NCBI GenBank assembly: GCA_028534125.1
Contig: CM052825.1
Location: 25,606,001 to 25,670,000 of the forward strand
From: Lama glama
Lineage: Eukaryota
Direction: 5' to 3'
Length of the DNA: 64,000 nucleotides
Shown: one piece after another, positions 37,398-55,577 of the stretch
How the letters are laid out: each line of letters begins with the position of its first letter
Numbering within the stretch: position 1 is the first letter of the stretch
Notes under the pieces: model-generated
What the model was told of the DNA's origin: nothing
What the model saw: the letters and a program-made list of their open reading frames with translations, nothing else
Databases searched by the model: none
Translations under genes and position numbers: made by a program

Positions 37398-40389
37398 TAG
37401 TGACAATAGCAACACTTTTGCAGGGCTTACTACGGGCACTATTCTTACCTCTCGTGGGGTCTCGCTCCTGCGTTTTACAGAGGGGTCAGGGCCCGAGGGG
37501 CGGCTCTCCCAAGCCACTTTGCTGGTGGGGGTCCCTCCAGGCTCATTCCTCCTGCGCCTTCAGTTCTGTCCCATTCCATCTTCTTGGGCAGAGGTTTCTT
37601 TGTGAAGCTCCATTCCAGTCCATCTTGTGCCCAGTGATTCCTGTTACTCCGTCAATAGTCAGACATCCATCTGCCTCCCAAAGTTGGGGTTTACATGCTA
37701 TCTGGTTCCATTCTAGAGTTTTAAAGCCTCTTCTAAAACCCATTTAACTTGGATGTGTGTGCAGTTAGTTCCAGAAGGTGAGGGCCCCTAGGGGCAGTGG
37801 AGTTGAGCACAGTGTCTGGCACTCAGCCCCCGGCTGCTCAGACATTCATCAGCTCTTTGCCCGCCCCTCCTGGGTGGACGTCCGGGACCGGGGAGCCCCA
37901 CCCTCCTGTTTCGGGGCCCTCCTGGCCTTCTCTCCCACCTGCAGCCACCTCCCCACTAAGATGGCCACAGACCTTGCCCAGAAAGGACCTGTGTTAGGGG
38001 CTCAGGGTGGGAATGCAGCCATGGGTCAGGCCACTCAGAGAGGGGCCAGCTGTGCCAGGAGCTGCACACACACCGTCCCTGTCCGTCACCACAAGGGAGA
38101 GGCTGCCCACACCCCTGTTTCACAGATGGGGTGACTGAGGCACGATCACATGATGGTTCCTGGCTGTGCAGCCTCAGGATTGTGGCCTAGATCTGCCGGC
38201 CATGCCACAGCAAAGCCAGGCCTTGGTTGGGTGGGGTAGGGGGATGTCCTCCCTGGGTGATGCGTGGACAAGGCAGCCCGTGGTCCGCAGTCCCCACCTT
38301 CCCCCCACTGCCATGGGCCAGTCCTCAGCCAGTCAGACTCCCTCCCACCCACCCGGCTACCTGGTGGAGGGACACGGTCTGGAGCCTGTCTGGGCCAAGG
38401 GTCAGGCCTCTGGCTGCAACCTCGCTCCCATCTGGCCTGCCTGCCCACACTCACATCCTCGATCTCCTCGTCCAATCCTGCAGCACCAGCGCCTCTGCAG
38501 GGCCTCATGCCTCCCCAGGGAAGGGGCTCCACAATTGCACTGGGGGATCAGACTATCCTCATGCCCCCCCGCCTGGCAGCCTTGGAGGTGCCCGCCCCCA
38601 TCTGGACTGGGTGCCCTTCAAGCCTCGGCTCAGGGGACTTTTCCTCCAGGGAGCCCTCTTGAGACCCCTCTCCTCAAACTGCCTCTTGGCCTCCTGTCCA
38701 TACTCTGGGCTGCTGGACCTGGAGGAAGGGCCCATCTCTGCATCCTGGCTTCCCCAGCATCCTCTGTGATTGTAGCGATGGCTGGGCTCAGAGCTGTCTG
38801 AGCCTCTTCAAATCCTCCCGTTATTAAAATGTTCCGCTGGCCCCGGGAAAGACAGGCGGGGAGGTGCCTTCTGCCAGTATCTGGCAAGTAGTCTATTGGA
38901 GGCCAGAGGCACCTTGAGCTGTCATTTCAGGTGGGAGAGTGGGGAGGGCACAGTGAAGGGTGGGGGGGTCTGAGGAAGCCAGATGGTTGAGGCTCTGCCC
39001 CTGGCGTCTGAGTGACCTTGGGCCCGTCACGGCCACCTGGGCCTCTTGGGGTGCTGGAGGCTGTGAGGCTGAGCATAAGTGACAGGCTCCTGTCTCCCCA
39101 TCTGGCAACTTCCCGAGCAAGACGAAGTGAGGAGAGGCCTAGAGCCTGAGGTGGGTCGGGCTGGACCCAGCAGGAGGGGCCTTTCTCACCCCAGGGACTG
39201 TCATGCGGTGATGTGGCATGCACGGGTCACAGCCGCTGCAGAGTGACCCAGCTGTGTGTAAGCCCTGTGTGGGGTGGAACCTCAGGCCCTGAGCCCTCTG
39301 TAAGTGGACAGGGTGTGGGATGCCTTTCCTGGGCTGCGCAGAGTCCCGGGCATCCTTCTGCAGAGCCGGGATCACACTCTGCAGTCACCTCCAGGGTGGC
39401 CTGAGCCAGGTGCTGCAGGACACCTGCTGGGAGCTTGGGGTGGCCTCCAGACCATCCTCCAGGCCCCAGGTGGGCCCTCTCTCCTAATCATCCTTGTCAC
39501 AGGGACACCCAAAATGGAGATATGCCCCTGCTCCTGCTCCTGCCCCTGCCTCCACCACCAGGAGCCCCAGCTATAGCCAGGATGACCTCAGCCCTGCCCT
39601 CCCCATGTTTGGGTCCTGACCCCAGGGCTCTATCGAGGCAGAGCACCCTCCGGGATCCCCAGCTGCCTTGACACATACCCCCAGCTGCTAGGGTCCCAGA
39701 TACCTATCTTACTCTGAGTCATAAAAGGGGATCCTGGGGTCAGAAGGTCCAGCCATGGGGTACAGAGGGCCCAAGTTGGGGACCCTGGCCTTGCCCCCTT
39801 CCTGAGGAGGGCTTCCCCCAAACCTCTGGGACCCCCATCCTCTCTGAGCTGTTGCTCCCACTTCTGGGCCCTGGAGCTGATGCTGAGCAGGTGGCCTGTG
39901 TGAGAATTCTGCCTGCGGCCTCCCGGTGGCTGCCTGTCTAGGGTGCTCTCTGTACGAAGGGAGAGTAGCTGCCTGGGGGCCTGAGAGAGCCAGGAGCAGG
40001 AGGCCTGAGGGTGCCGGTACAGGCCCATGGGCAAGCTCTCAGGAAGGGGTATCATGACCTCACCACCCTCTCCCTCCTCCTGCCTCCATTTACCCTAAAG
40101 GATCAGGGCTCTGGGCTGCAGGCTCAGGCCCAGGTCTGGGGAGGGTTCATGAGACGAACTGACCTCAAGGGGAGGAGCACGTGGAGGTTGTCCTGCAGAG
40201 CTGCCCTAGGAGAAAGGAAGCGCCTCATCCTGGGGGCAGGCAAGCAGAGTCTGGAGGAGGGTTGGGGCCTCAGGGCCCTGCAGATTCACCGCAGGCTCTG
40301 AGTCGCTGTCTGAACGTTGCCGGGGAGGAGGGCACTGGGCAATCCTGGCATGTCCTGAGACTCAATTTTCTCCGTGCAAATGCAATTTG

Positions 40390-40447
40390 GAAACAAATAA
40401 ATTTAATAAGTCCTTACGCCCGCTCCTGCACCCTAATACGAGGCTGG
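40390..40447 (+). repeat. 58-bp dispersed direct repeat, copy A
   Basis: 50/58 ungapped identity to 42923-42980. Confidence 0.85.
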
Positions 40448-41650
40448 ACCCATTCACCTACACAGGCCTCACTCACAGTGGTCCCGGCAACGGGCCTGAC
40501 TGGGGACTCATGACCAGAGATCCTGAGAGGCTGGGGAAGCTGTGTGGGGTGGGAGGGGCTCAGCGGGGTACTGGTCACTCCCAGCACCAGGCATCAGGCC
40601 AGCCACTTACTGGTCTCTGCTCAGGCCATGTCCACAGCAGCTTCATGCAGTGGCCGGTATAACCCCATTCCCTCCCTGGATGGGGAAACTGAGGATGGGG
40701 TGGGGGAGGCTTCTGTCTGGCCAGTGGTAAAGGGCAGGGCCAGATTCCAACCTAAGGGGCGTCCCAAGGCATCTTCACCCCAGAAATACCACTCACCTCT
40801 GGACTGAAGGCTGGAGGCCATAGGGTCTGCTGCTGTCCAAGGTCATGGCCAGATTGGCCTGGGGCTCCTGCCTTGGGGACCATGTCCTGTCATGCGGCAA
40901 GTTAGAACAGGACCCCCACATGAAGAGAGCCCCCTGCCGGCCCACTTGCCATACCACAGGGTCCTCCAAGGTCAAGGAGCTTGGTTCCAGCCCCAAGTGT
41001 TCTGGCTGGTTTCCTGGGTCAGACCCCAGTAGGTCCACTCTGCTCTGGCCATGGGGGATAGATGATGCATGAAGAGAAGTTTCTAATAAAAGGTGGACAG
41101 TGGTCCCAGCTGCAGGTCCCCACCCACCCCTGTATGTCCGCTGCCACCTGGGGAAACCAAGGCACAGACAGCTCAAGGGTGCCAGCCCTAGGGGTCCCCT
41201 GACCTGCCCTCGAGGGTGGGCTCTGGGTTGGGAGAGGTCTCCGGCTGCTGTCCAAAGTCCATGTTTATGAAGCACATGCTGTATGGTGGGTGGTGTAAAT
41301 GCCATCAGCCAAGTGAGGGGTGACAGTGCTGAGGGTCAGGGCCCCTGGAGGAGGGCACGGGGGGCCTAGGCCAAGAGCCAGCCCAGGCTGGTATGTCTGA
41401 GGAGGTCCGGAGACTCCTGAGGCCTGAGCGGGGAACCAGGCAGTGGTGAAAGAGGCAAAGGGGCAGGGGCCATGGGGCTGTACTGGGAGCAGGGTGCAGA
41501 TGTCCTGCTGAGGACTGGAGGGTCCCATGGGAGGAGTCAGAGCAGGAGGAGTAGCGGTCATCCAGACCAGAGTTATTCCGGCTGGACTGACTCAGGAGAA
41601 CCGAAGGAGCCTCTGCCCCTCCCCATCGAGACACACCATTTTGTGGCCAA

Positions 41651-41669
41651 TGGTGCCCTCTGCTGGCCA
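41651..41669 (-). promoter_or_regulatory. CTCF binding motif (points left)
   Basis: Minus strand reads TGGCCAGCAGAGGGCACCA, a full match to the core CCASYAGRKGGCRS. Confidence 0.65.
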
Positions 41670-42042
41670 TGTTGGACATCGCCCAGGCACTCACGCTCCC
41701 TGCCCAGGATGGGGCACCTGCAGATGTACCCCTGGAGATTAGGAAACATGAACCCAACTGGGTGGCCCTGGAGACACTGTCCCCAGGACAAGACCTGCCT
41801 CCTCCATGTGAGGAAGATTTAGGCTTCTGATTCCAGGTACCCAGTGAAGGCTGAATTCAACTCCCCATCAAAGACACCTGTGTGCCCCAGGGGAGCAATC
41901 CACTGGGACAAGAAGCAGGAGACAAAGGGCCTGACCTTGGGTGCAATTCCTCCAGGTAGGTGCCAGACATGGCCAGGACAGGTGGGGCTGGGGCCCACCT
42001 GGCCCTTTAAGAGGGCCATTCTGAGGCAGGGGAGGGGACCCC

Positions 42043-42089
42043 ATTGCTTAGCAACAGGAAGGCTTGGTGTATACCTGTCTCCAGGAGAC
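42043..42089. promoter_or_regulatory. TEKT4 proximal promoter with two RFX X-box-like palindromes
   Basis: ATTGCTTAGCAAC (42043-42055) and GTCTCCAGGAGAC (42077-42089), 105-150 bp upstream of the ATG of a motile-cilia gene. Confidence 0.6.
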
Positions 42090-42192
42090 CAGGAACCACA
42101 TCCTGCTTGGGGACAGAGTGGCCAGAGCTGCCCTGCTGACTGTGCTGAGTGGCCCTCCTCCATTTCCCCCCAACCTGTGCCCAGGTGGCACC

Positions 42193-48159
<5,967 letters not shown>

Positions 48160-48204
48160 CAGTGTCGGCATCCGGTCGGGCGCAGGGACCAGTCCCCCTA
48201 CTCA

Positions 48205-48210
48205 AATAAA
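48205..48210 (+). terminator. TEKT4 polyadenylation signal AATAAA
   Basis: AATAAA 45 nt after the stop, followed by a GU-rich tract (ttgggggttgtt). Confidence 0.8.
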
Positions 48211-49809
48211 GAACGCGTGAGCTCTCTACTTGGGGGTTGTTCCTGGGTAGGTGAGCTTTACCTGTGGATCCCATCATCTCAGCCATGGGAGGCCAGGGGT
48301 CAGAGCCTGGGGCCCCGCCAGTCGCCACCTGGAGAAAGGGGTCAGCCAAGGGCCATCGAGGCCCCCCCATCACTCATCACAGCTCTGGTCACTACAGTGA
48401 TAACTGAAGCCCTGTTTCTTTTCTTCCTTGTGCCCTGATGCTGTCACCTGAGGCCGGTCAAGCACTTCCCCCATTAGCGGGAGAGCAGGAGGTGAGCCTG
48501 GAGCAGAGGTGTCAGGACACACTGCTGGCCCGGCTCTGCCCTGAGGGACTTGGCCCCAGGGCTGCGGGTGTCCGTGCAGTGCCTCCAAGCCCCTTGAGGG
48601 CACCAGACAGGACCTGGGACTTCTGCCTGCCACCCCACCCAGCACAGGGCCAGCACTCAGGGCAGACCCTGAGCCAGGAGGCAGGGTCAGGGCTGGAGGG
48701 GGCCTCCACCCTCAGCCGCCTTGGTCACCTCTGTGGCCAGGCTCCTCGTCCAACCCCTCCCTTTATTTTTTTAAGTTCCAAGGTGTACTGTTTCATAGAT
48801 GTCACTGCTGTCTATACCTTCATCCCATTTATTAAGCCATTTCAAGTAACTTCAAGTTCATAAATTTCCAGTGAGGTTAGGGAGCCCAACCAGGGTGGGA
48901 CAGAGTATGTTCCAAGTTAGAAGGGGACCACGTGGCTCCTCAGTGATGTCTCCCGGGGAGCATCTGTGCTCCACTGTTTCTTCCTGCATTCACTCAGCAA
49001 GTGAGTTGGGAGGGTGTAGGGGGGCCACGGAGCCCCCATCTGCCCACCCAGCCCCATCCTGCCCTCACCCTGCGTCCACGGCTCTGGGCAAAACTGCAGC
49101 CCCCCTGCGCGCAGCATCGGGGCCTCCTCCAGGACGGCCAGGCACTGAGGAGGGGCGGGTGGCAATGAGGCCCTCTCTCTGTGCCCCTCAAGCCCCACAG
49201 ACAAGCTCTCAACCACGGTCCACCCTCCTACACCTCGACCCCCCGCAGCAGCTCATCAACAGGAAGTGGGAAGCATCCATTAAGAGGCTAATAACTCCGC
49301 CTCATGCACGTCAGACCCCCATTATCGCCCGAGGCCGAGGCAGGCTGTGCAGTGTCACCATCAGCACTGAGGGCCTCCTTGTCCCAGCCCCCTGGAGAGT
49401 GGCAGCTGATGGGGAGCTAAGTGGGGTGCTGTGTGAAGGTCATTATCTCCACAGGCTGGGAGGGCACAGCACGGTCCCCAGGGGCCGCTGCACCAGCTGG
49501 GAATTCATTGTCTGCATTGTCTCATGGCCACCTGTGAGAGGGGAAATTTTGTCCTCTTGTAGAGACAAATGACCAGGCCCTGGAGCAATCTGAGAGGTGG
49601 CTCCAGGCCACACAGCAAATTCCTGAGGCTTTGGCTGTGTCAGTCACGCTGTAGAATCAGTCTCCCTGGGGAGCCTGAAGCCAGGACAGATGGTTACACC
49701 CACCAGCAGGGATTCAGCCCCTGCCGGGGGAGAGACATGAGGGCCCTGCAGCATGGCGGAAGCCTGTGGTGTTTCCATCCACTATGGAGGACACTGGCTG
49801 CTTCTTAGT

Positions 49810-49852
49810 CTGTTAGTGCCCATTTTACAGGTGGAGAAACTGAGGCTCAGAT
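49810..49852 (-). mobile_element. MIR core fragment
   Basis: cccattttacaggtggagaaactgaggctcaga. Confidence 0.7.
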
Positions 49853-51562
49853 GCAGGGGGCAGCAGAGCTCTGGTGTCTGCCTTTCTCTGGGAACCCCAG
49901 GAGCCCCCAGAGACAACAGCAGGGTGGGCAGAGAGGAGCCCCCAGCCTGCTCCTTGGCCCAGTGACTCCCACAGGAGCCTGGGCTAGCCCGCCCTGGGTG
50001 GTGCCTGCAGAAGCCTCCATCTAGGCCACACAGAGTCAGACCCACTTGAATCCAGATTCCAGCAGTGCTGACAAGGCATAGGGGCCGCTGAGCCCTGCTG
50101 GAGTGTGAGCTGTCATCTCCAGGGGGTGGGGGTGGGTGGGGGGTGGATGTCTGGGAACTAGCTCCAGCTGGTGTGGTCCTCCGCTCACAGCCATCATAAA
50201 ATTCACTCCCCTTAGCCTGGCATGGGAACCCCCAAAAGCAGAGCCCTCTCTACCTCTGTTCTTGCCCCCTCCCTGGTCATCAGTGAGGAGGGCTGGTGAG
50301 GGGAGCCTGACAGGAGAGCTGGCCCCTGGGCTGTGCACAGATTGACAGAGACGAGTGAGCCGGCCCCAGCTGCCTTCCTGGTAAGGCGGCCACAGTTCCC
50401 CAGGCCACCTCTGGTGCCTTTCCCAGCCAGGCAGCCTGGCTTGGTGGTGGTGATGGGGATGGGGATAGCTGCGGACACTTCCCAGGGAATCACACATCCC
50501 CATGTTCAGAGGCAGAGGTGCCAGACCCTGCCCCAGGCCTAGTGTTCAGCTGTCCAGGCCCAGAGGAGGATGAGGCCAGGCCCTGGTGTGGGCACAGCCC
50601 CCACCTGCCACTGCCTGAGGACTCTGTGAGTCATTCCTGCTGGGGGGTTGGCACCCCAGGGACACAACTCTTATCCGCTGAAAAGCTGGGTGAACGCCGA
50701 GGGCCTCCAACAGGGTGTCAGAGCAGGCCTCTCACTCCACTGGGCAGCGTGACCCTGGGAGGGCACAGCGGGAAGTGGGGGCGGACACCATGGGCCTGGC
50801 TACACGTGGCTCTCCAGGGTTCCACCTGCCAGGCCCAGCCCTCATGTTCCAGCCAGAGACAGGAAGGCGTCTCCCCCTGCTCTGGTCTCCGGCCTCCACA
50901 CCAGTCTCCACTCAGACTCAGCTCCAACCTCCCCGACTCCCCCTTAAGGATTCCACTTGCTGCACCCCAGATGGAGGACAGTGGTCAGCTCATGGTGCCA
51001 CCCTCAACCCACCAGTCCCAGATGCCCCAGGTCCCCAGAGCCACACATGGCAGGAGGACCCTGGAGCTCCCATGGCAGGACTGCACAGTCGTGGCAGGTG
51101 GCGGGCAGAGGGCAGGCTGGGCGGCGGGCAGTGGGGCCCGGTGAGCCTCCTGCCTGGGAGCTCTGAAGCTGGCCTGAGGCCTGTTGGTCTTGGATGGCCC
51201 AGGGGGAAGCCACGGGCGCCTGGGGAAGGCATGAAAGGGCTCTTTCACAAGCCACTGGGGCATTGACGCCGGAGACAGCCAGGCAGACAGCAGCACCGGA
51301 TCGTGAAATGGTAACAGGGTGTGTGGGGGTGGATGAGGGTCTTCACAGCCACCCTGGTCAGGGCCAGGTGGCCAGAATGCCTGGGACCCCAGACTCCAGG
51401 GGCCTCAGCAGCACAGGCCTGCCTATGGGGTGGGATCCCCAGGAGATAGTAACTCCTGCCGGATCCCTCCACGGGAGGAATTCAAGAGGGTCTTGCAGGG
51501 TCCAGTGTGGTTAGAGGGGTAGGTGAGGCTCTGCTGTGCTCTGAGGGAAAGATAGTGGAAAG

Positions 51563-51623
51563 AAAAGTTCCCATTTGCTAGGGAAATTCAGCCTGGGAGT
51601 GGGTCTCAGACCCACTATATAAG
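51563..51623 (+). promoter_or_regulatory. Candidate C1QTNF8 core promoter: TATA box with upstream kB-like sites
   Basis: TATATAAG at 51616-51623; GGGAAATTCA at 51581-51590; possible first-exon donor GA|GTGAGG at ~51716; the coding exon starts with a splice acceptor, which implies an upstream non-coding exon. Confidence 0.45.
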
Positions 51624-52840
51624 AGGAGGGACCTCGCCCTGGGCTGCAGTCCCCAAGGGCTTCCTGGAGGAGAGGGCCTGGGTCTTTGCCCAGCATGACC
51701 AGGCTACAGGGAAGAGTGAGGACCCGACCTCACATGCCTGCCCTTGGAGACCAAACCTGGCTGAGCCTCTGGGATATAGCCATGGGGAGACCAGGGTAGA
51801 CAGGGCCCACATGCCGGCGGAAACTAGGCCCAGGTCTATGTGGAGCTCACCCAAGGCCCTGCAGTAGCTGGTTGAGCTGGAAAGTGGTGCCTCCACCTGG
51901 CACGGATGGCCAGGTGTCAGGCAGGGTCTCCCGGGGGAGAGAAGGTGGAAGCAGGAGGCTCATGACTGGTAGGGGTTAAAGATCCTCTTCCCCTATGCTG
52001 GGTGGGGGGCCACACAGGGTAGCCTCCCCTGTTGCCCTCCCTCCCCTGGGAGGTCAGGATGTGGGTGCCACCCTCTGCCTAGCTAGGCAGAAACTGTGCC
52101 TCATGCAAGGCCCCACCCAACCCGGGCCCCAGGCCCAGCTGCTGAGGTGGGGAGCTGGTGGGGGAGCAAGGCTACCCTTCCCTGAAGCAGCCTAGCTGCC
52201 CCTCCCCAAGGAGTCTGCCTGGCCCAGGTGGGTGGGGGCCTTCGAGGGCTGATTCACAGCCCCCATCCCCTCACTGCTCCCCCTGCATCTGTTGGGTGCT
52301 GGGTCTCCAGTCATGGGGGCCTTGGGGACCAGGACTCCCCAACTGCAGGCAAGTAGGGTGCCTGCTATAGCCCAGAATGAAGGCCCCGGCCCTGGGGAGA
52401 GACAGGGTGCAAGGAGGGAGCAGCCTCTGAGGAGGAGCCTGGATGTGCCAGCTCAGACAGAGTGGGGCTGCCTTGGCCAGTTGCTGGGGCCCTGGGAGGG
52501 CGAGTGTGAGTGGTCCCCTGTGCTGGCCCCTCAGCTCAGCAGTGATCCCCACGTGCTACGTTGAGGAGGATTCTGAGGCATCCAGTCCAGGTGAAAATGT
52601 GTGGGGATCCATTAATGATGTCTGTTGGGGTAGGGACCTGAGTGTCCAGGAGGGCCGGCCAGGATGCAGCTCTCTGGTCCCGACGGTCCATCCCCACCCA
52701 GGCAGCTCCCTGGTCTCCCTACTGTCTCTCACAGACAAGGCAGCACAGCTGGGGCATTTCCTACATGCCCCCTCCACTCCCTGTCTTCCTGTCCCATTCT
52801 CTCCCTCCCCTCCTGTTCCCTTTACCAGACTCTGGCCCAG

Positions 52841-53045
52841 ATGGCAGCCCCTGCCCTCCTGCTCCTCCTGGTGCTGCCTGCAGGGGCCTGGCCGGGCCTG
52901 GGGCTGCCCCGCCGGCCGTGCGTGCACTGCTGCCGCCCAGCCTGGCCCCCAGCTGCTCCCGGCTCGTTTGCCCACAGGAGTGATGGGGACGAGTGGGTGC
53001 GCCTGCCCCGTGTGCGGCCGACCATCGACATCTCAATCCTCAAAG
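52841..53045 (+). CDS. C1QTNF8: C1q/TNF-related protein 8 (CTRP8), first coding exon: signal peptide and Cys-containing N-terminal region
   Basis: [19 protein letters not shown] signal peptide; CVHCC motif; [10 protein letters not shown]; preceded by the pyrimidine-rich acceptor tttaccag (exon start ~52829); donor AAG|GTGAGT (phase 1). Confidence 0.95.
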
Positions 53046-53724
53046 GTGAGTGTCCCTGGAAAGGCGGCCCCTCCCCACCCCTGTCCCTATAGGAACAGCC
53101 CACACTGAGAAGCACAGGGAAGAGGCCTTGATTTGGGTAGAGCTGGCTCTGGGAAGGCGGGGGCCTGGAGTAGGGACACACCGAGTGGCTGTTCCTTGCT
53201 CCTTGCAGCCTTGTGAAGGCCTCAGCCCTCTGGCCACCCCCACAATTGGGAAGCAAGGTGGCCTGGGGAGGGGGCTGTGAACAGAGTGGAGCCTGAGGCT
53301 CCCTTTAATCCTGCTCACTGGCCGGCAGCTGGCCCAGCCCCTGGGTGAGGCAGAAAAGGGGGCTAAGGTCCCTGAGGCCACATGAGCAGCATCCTCCTGG
53401 GAGAGGGGAGTGAGGCTGAGCTCCAAGAGGGCACCACCCTGAGGGCTGGACAGGAGGCCACAATTGAACTTGGATTTGGCTACCAACTTCCCAGCCTCTT
53501 GTCCTTCAAAGCCCATTTTAGACCCTTCCTCTGGAAGCTGCTGGACCCCACTGTCCCCACTGTCCCAGAAGGGCCACAACTTCAGTGTATGAGGGTGGGT
53601 TAGCACTCACCTGACAGATGAGACTGGGGCTCGGAAGGGTGAGGTCACTGGTAAGGCCAAGGGGCTGGAGAATCTGACCCTGGATCCTAAACCTTGACTG
53701 GCAACTTCCCCTTGCCCCCTGCAG

Positions 53725-54199
53725 GTGAGAAGGGCGAGGCAGGGGTCAGAGGTCGCTCAGGCAGGAGCGGGAAGGAGGGCCCGCCAGGCTCCCGGGGCCT
53801 CCAGGGCCGCAAGGGCCAGAAGGGGCAGGTGGGGCCACCAGGCGCCCCGTGCCAGCGCGCCTACGCGGCCTTCTCGGTGGGCCGGCGGGAGGGGCTGCAC
53901 AGCTCCGACGCCCTCCAGGCTGTGCCTTTTGACACGGAGTTGGTGAACCTGGATGGTGCCTTCGACCTGGCCTCCGGCCGCTTCCTCTGCACTGTGCCTG
54001 GTGTCTACTTCCTGAGCCTCAATGTGCACACCTGGAATTATAAGGAGACGTACCTGCACATCATGTGCAACCGGCAGGCCACGGCTGTGCTGTACGCACA
54101 GCCTAGTGAGCGCAGCGTGATGCAGACCCAGAGCCTGCTGCTGCCGCTGGCCACTGGCGACACTGTCTGGGTGCGCATGTTCCAGCGGGACCGCGACAA
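53725..54199 (+). CDS. C1QTNF8: CTRP8 second coding exon: 14 Gly-X-Y collagen repeats and C1q globular domain; 3' end lost in assembly gap
   Basis: Acceptor ccccctgcag; [42 protein letters not shown]; C1q motifs [42 protein letters not shown]; frame open up to the Ns. Confidence 0.95.
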
Positions 54200-54699
54200 N
54201 NNNNNNNNNNNNNNNNNNNNNNNNNNNNNNNNNNNNNNNNNNNNNNNNNNNNNNNNNNNNNNNNNNNNNNNNNNNNNNNNNNNNNNNNNNNNNNNNNNNN
54301 NNNNNNNNNNNNNNNNNNNNNNNNNNNNNNNNNNNNNNNNNNNNNNNNNNNNNNNNNNNNNNNNNNNNNNNNNNNNNNNNNNNNNNNNNNNNNNNNNNNN
54401 NNNNNNNNNNNNNNNNNNNNNNNNNNNNNNNNNNNNNNNNNNNNNNNNNNNNNNNNNNNNNNNNNNNNNNNNNNNNNNNNNNNNNNNNNNNNNNNNNNNN
54501 NNNNNNNNNNNNNNNNNNNNNNNNNNNNNNNNNNNNNNNNNNNNNNNNNNNNNNNNNNNNNNNNNNNNNNNNNNNNNNNNNNNNNNNNNNNNNNNNNNNN
54601 NNNNNNNNNNNNNNNNNNNNNNNNNNNNNNNNNNNNNNNNNNNNNNNNNNNNNNNNNNNNNNNNNNNNNNNNNNNNNNNNNNNNNNNNNNNNNNNNNNN
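54200..54699. other. Assembly gap (500 N)
   Basis: Run of exactly 500 N. Confidence 0.99.
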
Positions 54700-55399
54700 C
54701 CTGAGGTTACAGGGCTGAAAGCAGGCATACCAGGGAAGCCTGCAGACCTGGTGGCTCTTTGGTCTCCCTGTCACCTCACTGGCCAGGGTGTCTGGACTTG
54801 GGGGGAGCTGGGGCAGCTCAGCTGAGCCTCCCAGGACAGCCCTGCTCCCAGCTGCTGACCCAGGAGGGCCAAGCAGGTCAGGCTAAGAAAGGTGTCTGAT
54901 AAACTCCAAATCCAAGGCCACCCACATCCTCAGAGAACCAGGGGTGGGTTGGGGGCCTCCCCGTGGAGGTGCTCTAGGAGATATACCAGGGGACACTGCT
55001 GGGGGGTCCAGGAGGAGATGGCAGTGCCTGCGTCCCCCACTCACCCTCCAGGTTTATTTAAAAACAGCAACTGAGAGCTAGGGAATGAGGTGAAGTCGTC
55101 ATCTCAGCAAAGTGATGAACACCTGAGACGCAGCCTTGCAACCGGCACAGTGAAGGCAGAAATCAATGTGCCCTGTCAGCTGCCTCGACCACTTAGGAGA
55201 TAAGAGAGAAATGGCCCCAGTCAGAATAGCAGCCATGAAGCTCCTGCTGAGTGGCCTTGGATGGAATCAGGAACGTCCCTACTCAGGGAGAAGAAAGCTC
55301 GAGAAGACCGGAATACAGGGCAGCCCAAGAGCCGGAATCCTGCAGGGAGCCGATTTTCCACCTCAGTTTACCCATTTAGTGGAACTCCAACAAAACATC

Positions 55400-55560
55400 C
55401 ACTTTAAAAATTCAGGTGAAATTCACACACCGTAAAATTTATCATTTTTAAGTGAACAATTCAGAGGCGTTTATTCCAATCACAATGTGATGCAACCCAC
55501 AAATCTCTCTAGTTCCAGGATGTCTTCAGCCCCCCACAGAAACCACAAGCCCACAAGCCA
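55400..55560 (-). mobile_element. L1MB-like 3' end fragment (reverse)
   Basis: ggtgaaattcacac...taaaatttatcattttta agtgaacaattcag...atctctctagttccagg. Confidence 0.75.
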
Positions 55561-55577
55561 TCACCCCCCCAACCCCC

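Noticed and set aside
41669-41830. 53-aa ATG ORF (MLDIAQALTLP...) upstream of TEKT4
   Set aside because: Short, no recognisable homology, and upstream of the likely X-box promoter
1-42000. Hundreds of 60-290 aa ORFs in the six-frame track (e.g. 19960-20754, 24790-25560, 30766-31629, 38166-38801)
   Set aside because: Pro/Gly/Ala/Ser/Trp-rich translations typical of GC-rich non-coding DNA, many with non-ATG starts, no recognisable domains and no consistent exon chain
53694-54774. Long ORFs spanning the N run
   Set aside because: Their length is an artefact of translating Ns; only the C1QTNF8 frame up to 54199 is real
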